Shown one piece after another: positions 56,840-64,000 of a stretch of DNA of 64,000 bases. This DNA is from Camelus ferus (taxonomy: Eukaryota). Made by a program: the position numbers and the translations under genes. Position 1 is the first letter of the stretch. Each line of letters starts with the position of its first letter. The DNA lies in contig NC_045697.1 of the NCBI RefSeq assembly GCF_009834535.1, forward strand, positions 68,760,001 to 68,824,000, in the 5' to 3' direction. The notes under the pieces are model-generated. The model searched no databases. It was not told the DNA's origin and saw nothing but the letters and a program-made list of their open reading frames with translations.

Positions 56840-57100
56840 TTTAAACACAGAGCAAATAGAAGCTTGAAATGGGTGGATGCATACAATGAAGCTTGCTCTC
56901 TTCCAATCTTGCCAAGAATAGAACATGCCTAGGTTAACCTGATGGAGAATGAGAGCCACATGGGGCACATCTAAACTGCTCCATTGGCCCCAACAACAGC
57001 CAGTCTAGATCAACGAATTGTCAGCTGACCTCCAGCCAACATCAGCTGAGCCTCCTCCTCAACCCCTAGCTGTCCCTGGAGCAATAAACAGTTCCCACCC
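56840..57100 (+). mobile_element. MLT1-like LTR fragment
   Basis: agaacatgcctaggttaacctgatggagaatgagagccacatgggg...cagccagtctagatca. Confidence 0.5.
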
Positions 57101-57325
57101 AATTCTAGGGTAGGTTGCTACAAGATAAAACTGGAAAAAAAAATCAGATGGTTTTAAAATTATTAGGTGCAAATTTTGGATATTCTAAACTATAATTGTT
57201 ACCCTAAGTAGAAGAAAATACACCCACTATAACACTTAACCACTAAAGGAGCCCACCCTCACAAAATACGGGGCAAAGAAAATATTCTTAGTTTCAAGTA
57301 TACTTAAAATAGGTACATATTCTTA

Positions 57326-57410
57326 AAATTTTTTTAGAGGGAGGTAATTAGGGTTTTTATTTTTTTTTTTAATGAAGGTACTGGGGATTGAACTCAAGAC
57401 TCCATGCATG
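57326..57410 (-). mobile_element. 5'-truncated tRNA-derived SINE (camelid type) with a 20-bp TSD
   Basis: gggaggtaattaggg-tttttatttt-aatgaaggtactggggattgaactcaagactccatgcatg; B box GAGTTCAATCC on the minus strand; flanked by aaaataggtacatattctta (57306-57325) and aaaatatgtatatattctta (57411-57430). Confidence 0.82.
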
Positions 57411-57489
57411 AAAATATGTATATATTCTTATATTGTCATACATTTGATTATATCTATTCATATATGTTTTAGAAACTCTGAAAGATACT

Positions 57490-57700
57490 ATGATTTAGTT
57501 GAAAGTGATGCATGGGTTTCAGTTACAGATAGGCCTGAATTCAAATCCTCTGTCTCTGCCATTTATTACTATTTATTTATTATTATTAGTGGTTTATTTA
57601 TTATTGCCATGGGTACATAATTAAAATTTTCTGTGCTTGTTTCCTTCTATAAATCGGGACTTGATATTACTCCATAAAATCAATACTTAAACAAAATATT
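57490..57700 (+). mobile_element. MIR SINE
   Basis: cagataggcctgaattcaaatcctctgtctctgccatttatta...ctgtgcttgtttccttctataaatcggga. Confidence 0.65.
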
Positions 57701-57911
57701 ACAGGCAATCAATTTATTCATTAATTCTTTCATTAATTCATTAATTGACCAAGTATTTATTAAGCATTTTTAGGTCCAAGGGTTAATAGATTAAGGACAT
57801 TAAGGACAGTTTTTCTCTAAGTTATTATGTGAAGTAGCAGATGACTGCATTAAGAGCAACAATTTTAAGCTGGCTTTGAGAAATAGAAAGATCTGTTTTG
57901 TGCATTAATGA

Positions 57912-58364
57912 TGTGAAGGAAAAACTGGGCTGGTATGACAAGATAACTCGTAAGTCTAGGAATGTGAAGGAGAGGCTGGGCTGGGCTAACAAGTCTAAGT
58001 ATTGGAATACTGATCTGAGTTCTGCTAGACTAACTTGTAAATCTAGGTTAATTAGTGTTGGTTTGCTGTTTATGTGTTTTTGCTAGCCAGCTGGATTTTC
58101 AAAGATACATATCTGGCTTTGGAATGTTGGTTTGCTGCCTCCCCGCCTCCACTTTTGTGATGATAATGCTGCTAAAGCTGTTCCATGCCTATTGGCCGAA
58201 TACCCCAAGCTTGTACTTTACCCTATAAAACCTCATGCGCACGCCTTTGAGGTGCTCAGAGCTTCGGAGCAGAAGCCCCTCTGAGCCCGCCGGCGTAATA
58301 CATCTGAGGACTCCAACCCTCCGAGTGGTGCTTGTTTCTTGACTGGCCTGTCGTTTCCGTAACA
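57912..58364 (+). mobile_element. Young ERV1-class solo LTR, 453 bp
   Basis: TG...CA ends, perfect 4-bp TSD ATGA (57908-57911 and 58365-58368), U3 internal repeats, ATTGG at 58191, TATAAAA at 58224-58230, AATACA at 58297-58302, many retained CpGs. Confidence 0.88.
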
Positions 58365-59123
58365 ATGAAACCATATCATCATCACTGTTTTTACAGTCAA
58401 AAAACATACTTCTTTCATATGCCTTTTTTTCCTATGATTTCCTAGTTTCAAGCTAACTTTTAATTTCTTTTCAGAAGCAACGCTTTGTATTTTCCTTTTT
58501 ACAAAACACAGTACAAAACTCCATGACTGAAGGAAGACTACACTTTCAATGAAGCATTTATGTAAGACTGCAGTTGATGTTATTTCTAACACTAACAATG
58601 AAATAGCTATATCATTTTCATAAGCATACACTGCAGTATTTAAAGTCAATTCCATAAAGAAAAATGTTCACATACTATAGGAATGACGAACTTGAAAGAT
58701 AAAATTATCCAATGATAAGGACAGTCTTCAGCATTCATGCTATTACATTCATACTTATCACAAAGCAACAAAGCAAAATTTTATTATTTTACCACTTAAC
58801 ATAGTTTAATTCAGAAAGTAAAACACCCTTTATATTTAAGTCATTCATATTGCAATACTCAAAAAAGTTTTTAAGGTGTATATTTTATTACCAGAATGTT
58901 AGATTTATGACTTTCACAACATCTATAAACATTAAATGTGAAAAATTCACATTTCATGGAATAATTATTTTTAAAGTGTTATCTCCTTTTAAAAGAATTA
59001 AAAATATGTTAGCAAAAACAGTCACATTTCACTCTAAAATTAATACATTCATACTTTTCTTTGAAAAGTTCAATGAAAGAGCCCCCCCCCAAAAAAAAAC
59101 CCTCTAATTGAATTTTATAAAGG

Positions 59124-59645
59124 TGTTGTGGAGCCGGCTGGCATTCTCTGGAATCATAAAACTCCCACCCCTGGGCTCTCAGGGTACCCATTGACACCTT
59201 AACTCCCACTCCCCACTGCAGGACCCTTCACATACCTGCATTTCTGCAAGATATAAAACATCTCCTCATTATGTGTGTTTACCTATAACAAAACTCATCA
59301 CTCCAGGAGATAGCACATCTCACAATACCCTAGGCAGACAGACCTCACATCCTGCCATTATCAAAGTCATAAAACCTATTATTCAGAGAAGTCCCTGACA
59401 GATCTTACAACCAATCAGGTTCTTGTGCATGAATTGATCATGCAGCCCCCTGTGTTCACGGCTTCCTCCTCCCAGTAAAAGACCCTGCACACCCATCCCA
59501 GGTGCTCACACGGGTACCTCCTTCCTGTGTGGCCCGCTGTTGCCTATAGTGGCGCACCTATTAAACTTTCCTAATGTTTTTTTCAGTCTCTGGTAATTCT
59601 TAACCAAGCCGGGTGTCACCAACACCTTGTTGTGTGCCCATAACA
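59124..59645 (+). mobile_element. ERV LTR (possibly ERVL MER74/MER54-like)
   Basis: GC-richer block starting tgttgtggagcc with ccaatc, agtaaaa and attaaa in LTR order, and tctctggtaattctt near the 3' end; no clear TSD. Confidence 0.6.
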
Positions 59646-60344
59646 TATGTTAAATACTAACCACTGCAAGTTGATGCAGGAAATGCAAGAAAGAATAATA
59701 CAGTACAATGACCCACCCTCAAATTTCTCACAACCAATTGAGGAAAAGAAAGACACAAACAATACTAACAAGAATGCCAAAAAGACTAGAATAACTAACA
59801 CAGTGAAACTTCGAAGATCATTTCCTTCCCCTTTAAAGCAACTTAGTCTTTTATTTATACAATTTTCTATCAAAATATGCTTACTTTTATAGCACTTCTC
59901 AGCAGTTAAGATTTTTATTTCATTACAAATGAAATGGTAATTGTAACCTACTCTTGGTGTAATTTCTATTCTCCTCAAATCATTTTCTGGTCTTCTTACC
60001 TTTTTGAGTTTGAAGTAATTTTGGTATAAAAACATATTTTACAGTATCTAGGATATAGGAGCTTCGTACCATCTCTGTAAATTCTAGGACTTAATCCCTT
60101 ATGACTCTCTTTCAGTTCATTTAATTTTCATTTAATTTTCAGTTTCATTTAATTTTCCTCACAGTCGTTACTCCTCTTCAAACCTAACCAACAAATACAC
60201 CTTTTCAGTACAATGCAATTCTACTATTTAATGGCTTCCAAAAGAAATTCACTCACAACAATCACTCATGGTTGTATTTTTGCTGAAAATGATCAGGGTC
60301 ACAGTGAAGGGTAGGATCCAGATCAGGGTGTCTGCTATTGCCCA

Positions 60345-60790
60345 TTATCTTATTGGTCCCCTCAACATTCTGTTGGAGTTACCTTGCTCACTCTAACAGG
60401 ATTACATTCAAGTATACACTTGTATAACCGAAAACTCAAAAGAGAAATGAGATTTCTTTTTTTCTCACAAAATATAGAAATCAGCAGTCTATAATGAGTG
60501 TTGGCTCAGCACTAGTGAGGAGCCCAGTTCCATTCCATCTTCCTCTCCCAGCATACATGGAACGTATCTTTTAACCTCAAAGTCACATGGAGCTCTAGGG
60601 AGAAAAATGGCTACTAGAGCTCCAGGTGTGGGAAAAAAAAGAAGATGAAGTGGAAGGAGCAAAGAGCATCTTCTGCCAGTCTCCACTTTAAGCAGTTGTC
60701 CCAGATGTCCCACACAATGATGTCCAAACTGAGACAATGCTGACATGTTAGCTGCAAAGAACTACTAGGCTTATAGCCTTTTATCTGGTA
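60345..60790 (-). mobile_element. Old MaLR LTR (MLT1K/L-like)
   Basis: ttttctcacaaaat, cccagttccattccatctt, aaaaatggctactagagctccagg, tagctgcaaagaactactagg. Confidence 0.5.
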
Positions 60791-61044
60791 CATTACTGCT
60801 TTGAATAAAATCAGATTTTAAGGAATATTGAAATGTAACTGGTCCATCCTATATATCATCTTCCTATAATAGAAAGGTTTGGTAAATAGAAAAGGATATA
60901 AAGCATATGATAGAGAAAAAGTAGAGTTACTGTGACCAACAAAAAAAGATGAAGTCAAGTAAATAGGGTCCTGGGAGAATGGCACTTCAATGTAAAAAGA
61001 ATTGACTGAGGGATAAAGGTGAAGAGAATAGGGTAAAAACAAAA

Positions 61045-61250
61045 GACAATCATTTATTTGTTTGTCTACCATATATCACGAACTACACTAAGTTACTGAG
61101 CATATAATGGCCAAGAAGAGAGATATAATCCATGCCTTCAGGGAATTCACATTCTAGTGGATACATGAGAACAGTAAAATCACAATGACTCTAAACAGTT
61201 GGTTGGAGGACCAGAAGAATAAAATGGCCCTTGATATCTGTATTATCTAA
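61045..61250 (-). mobile_element. L2 3' fragment
   Basis: catttatttgtttgtctaccatatatc..cactaagttactgag...ccatgccttcagggaattcacattctagtgg. Confidence 0.65.
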
Positions 61251-62931
61251 AACAAAGCAAAATGAATTCTCAAAGTCTCACTAAAACTCAGGGAAGGAAG
61301 AATCTTTATTATTACTAGTGAACACAGTATGGTAAAGGAATCAGTACTAATTATTACCACTTTAAGATATGCATAGTTTCCCTTATTTTCTACTCCCATT
61401 AATCTTAATTCTGTTACTAGTAAATTTTCTTTAACCCTAGCACTGTAAAGGGGCTGAACTTTAAGCAAAATATTATAAGGGGACTGAATGGTTTAGAGAG
61501 AGGATTAAAGAGAACAAAGTTGAGATCTGCCAAGAGTGTGGAGGAAGTGATATTTAATATGTTACTGGAATGATGGGTGAGATTTCAATAGAAATGCGGA
61601 CAGAAGAACATTCCCTCCAGTGAAGAAGAGTATTTTTAAAAGCATTAAATCCTTTAATATCTATTGTTTTAATGAAATTTAAGTAGATCAATCAAACATA
61701 GAAAGATTCTCTCTGAAATATCTCCAAAAGACAAAGAATGTTCTTTATTATTATTGTTATTTTTCAGTGTAATGGGGTTTGGAGAGGCAACACTGTGAGA
61801 CTTAAAAAAGCACTGAAGTACATGCTAAAGGTCTAGAATTTTGTGCTGGTTCTTCCATTGATTAAGTTTAGGAATAGCAGAATAATAAAGTCAATCTATG
61901 CAGCCTACATCATAAGATTATTTTAAGAACTAAAAGGTTCTTTTTTCAGTGCTCTGAGAACTATCAAATGCTACACAAAAATAAAGTTCAGTCATTATGC
62001 TTAATCACCATCATTACACATGAGCTCAGTAAATGACGGTTAGAGGATGATCACTTTACACTAGAAAACTGATCCAAGAATACTCAACAAAAATGCAGAA
62101 ATAGATGTTCCCATATAGTTATGGGGGAAATGCTGTTGACCTTTCAGTTTATAGTTAAGTTGTAATAACAACTACCTATACAAGTTTGTCAGTTTTTCAT
62201 CCTGTCAATTTTTAGCCAAAATTATACCATGAAATAGTCCCCTTCTATTAGGTCAAACTGACGGTCCTATTCATGACTTAAAAATGGGGTCACGGGGCAA
62301 TTTAATCAGGTCTCCTAGACAACAACAACAACAAAAAGTTAAAAAAAAATTCCAATTCCCATCAGAGGTCTCCCAGATGGACTCTGTTCTGTGAATAAAG
62401 CAAGGTGGTTTCCTAGTCCCACACAAGATCTTTCCAGCCATGTTGCTAAACCAGGTGCAATTAGCTCTAGGGTGCCAGAGAAAAGGTTGCAAAATCAATG
62501 ATAAGTTTGGTTTTCTCTTTCTGCTACAGAGCTACTCATTGGTTGGTTTTATAAATATAAAAAATTATTGTAGACCCCTATCTTTTTGTTGACTAAAAAG
62601 ATACAATCAGTAACTTCTCTACCTTTCATTATTTCAACACTATTTGCCCTAATACTTGCTTTACCTAGGATAAAAATGATCTCCCTTCAGTTGTTACTCA
62701 CAGTGGATTAATCATTCTCCTTTCTTTCTCATATTATGCCTCTGGTAGATTACCAACCTAAGGTATCAAATTACTGTGTATTAATTTTCTGATTTTAGAA
62801 TCCATCAACCAATGATGAAATTAAATTCTTTATCTATGGTCTATTCTCATTTGTAAAATTAAAATTTAATTGCATAAAATTAGAACTAACGTAATAGAAT
62901 AGCTCCATAATTTGGGTGATTTTCTATGTGT

Positions 62932-62936
<5 letters not shown>

Positions 62937-62969
<33 letters not shown>
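62937..62969. repeat. Poly(T) run, 33 nt
   Basis: Read directly. Confidence 0.97.
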
Positions 62970-62972
<3 letters not shown>

Positions 62973-63639
62973 AAAGGAGTAGCTGCTACTATTTTTGAAC
63001 CAAATTTTCTTGATTCACTTTTAAATTGCCTCTGCCAATTATGTATGATAACACTTCACTAGTAGAGATTTAAATAATGATGTTCATCTTGCACTAATGA
63101 TATTGTGATGCTGCATATGGGAAAATATCACTAGAGAAATTAAGACACTGAGATACACTGCCAAGAAAATTTTCATTTATCATTTCTCAATGTGAATTAT
63201 CTCTGAAACAAAACAATTACAGATAGTTTAAGTGTAGCTCTATATTGAATCAGTAAGAATAAGCAGAATCTTGACTGTGGAATTTCTTCTTGCCTTATTC
63301 AATGATTCATATTATTTAATGTTATTATATTATTCAGGAAAAAACTGAAAATATTTTTTCTAGTTCAAATAATTTAGACTTATATAATCAATTGGCAATG
63401 ATTAAAGAGAACTATACAATGAGTTAAATAATCTATGAATGAATCCTTGTTAATTGTTTTATGGATATACTGAACTATATTTCCTTAAACTACAAAAAGA
63501 ATGATCATATATCCTGTTACGTTGTTTTTATCTACACTCATATCTATAATGTAGCTGCTGAGAAATGAGGGAATCTATCTATCCATCCATCTATCTATCT
63601 AGATACAAAATTTTTCCCTTATAAAGTCTATAGTCAGGG

Positions 63640-63805
63640 AGAAAGACCATTAGACTAAACACTGGAACACTTGGCTCTTCTCACAAGCTATGTACAGTTA
63701 GAACATCCCTTAACCCTTGGACTCTCACATTCCTGATTTGTAAATGGAGATTAGATCAGATGATATACACAGTCCTGTCTACCTTTGGGATTCTACAATT
63801 CCATG
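63640..63805 (+). mobile_element. MIR SINE (MIR3/MIRc-like)
   Basis: cccttaacccttggactctcacattcctgatttgtaaatggagattagatcagatgat. Confidence 0.65.
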
Positions 63806-64000
63806 AAATATAATTTAAAGATGGGCTTTAAGCCTTTATCCTGCAAAGATAAAATTCACATGAGTCATCTTGTTTTTTTTCACTTTGATCAAAGATGACT
63901 AAGACTGATAAAAGCAATTTGTTCAATTCTTCATGATGACAAGGCATTCCATCAATTCTGACCTAGATGCCTATCAAATACAACTTCTGATTTAACAGTT

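Noticed and set aside
57370..57410. tRNA gene
   Set aside because: Only a B-box remnant within a SINE; no A box or cloverleaf.
58233..58655. 140-aa minus-strand ORF
   Set aside because: It crosses the LTR boundary into flanking DNA and has no recognisable domain; probably a chance ORF.
57912..59645. The two neighbouring LTRs as ends of one provirus
   Set aside because: Their sequences are unrelated, the first has its own TSD, and no primer-binding site or polypurine tract is apparent between them.
59616..60035. 139-aa ORF with a hydrophobic stretch, possibly env or a membrane protein
   Set aside because: The hydrophobicity reflects the T-rich strand; there are no env motifs and no evidence of an internal proviral region.
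1..64000. CRISPR arrays, operons or prokaryotic defence systems
   Set aside because: The sequence is mammalian intron, with no repeat-spacer arrays or gene-dense ORF structure.

Overview
This is AT-rich, repeat-dense mammalian DNA, not prokaryotic sequence. It is probably camelid, judging by a SINE fragment at about 57.3 kb that resembles the camel/alpaca tRNA-derived family. The only host coding sequence I can support is one 116-bp internal exon on the minus strand (15668-15783). It translates to (G)PATYNPVLQKSCSIPLFVKASKRFKDSKETTPGPATYE, matching my recollection of STPG2 (sperm-tail PG-rich repeat containing 2, C4orf37), so the rest of the window is probably STPG2 intron. That remainder is mostly transposable-element fossils: L1 pieces (including a 4.1-kb copy spanning degenerate ORF2), L2, L3/CR1, MIR, MaLR and ERV solo LTRs (some with intact target-site duplications), hAT elements and a near-complete Tigger1. 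The most notable unexpected structure is an old, roughly 520-bp nuclear copy of mitochondrial ND1 (a NUMT) inserted inside the Tigger1, which itself starts about 175 bp from the STPG2 splice acceptor. I found no convincing novel biological system. Repeat subfamily names come from recalled consensus sequences and need RepeatMasker/Dfam confirmation. Repeat boundaries are approximate unless a target-site duplication is given.
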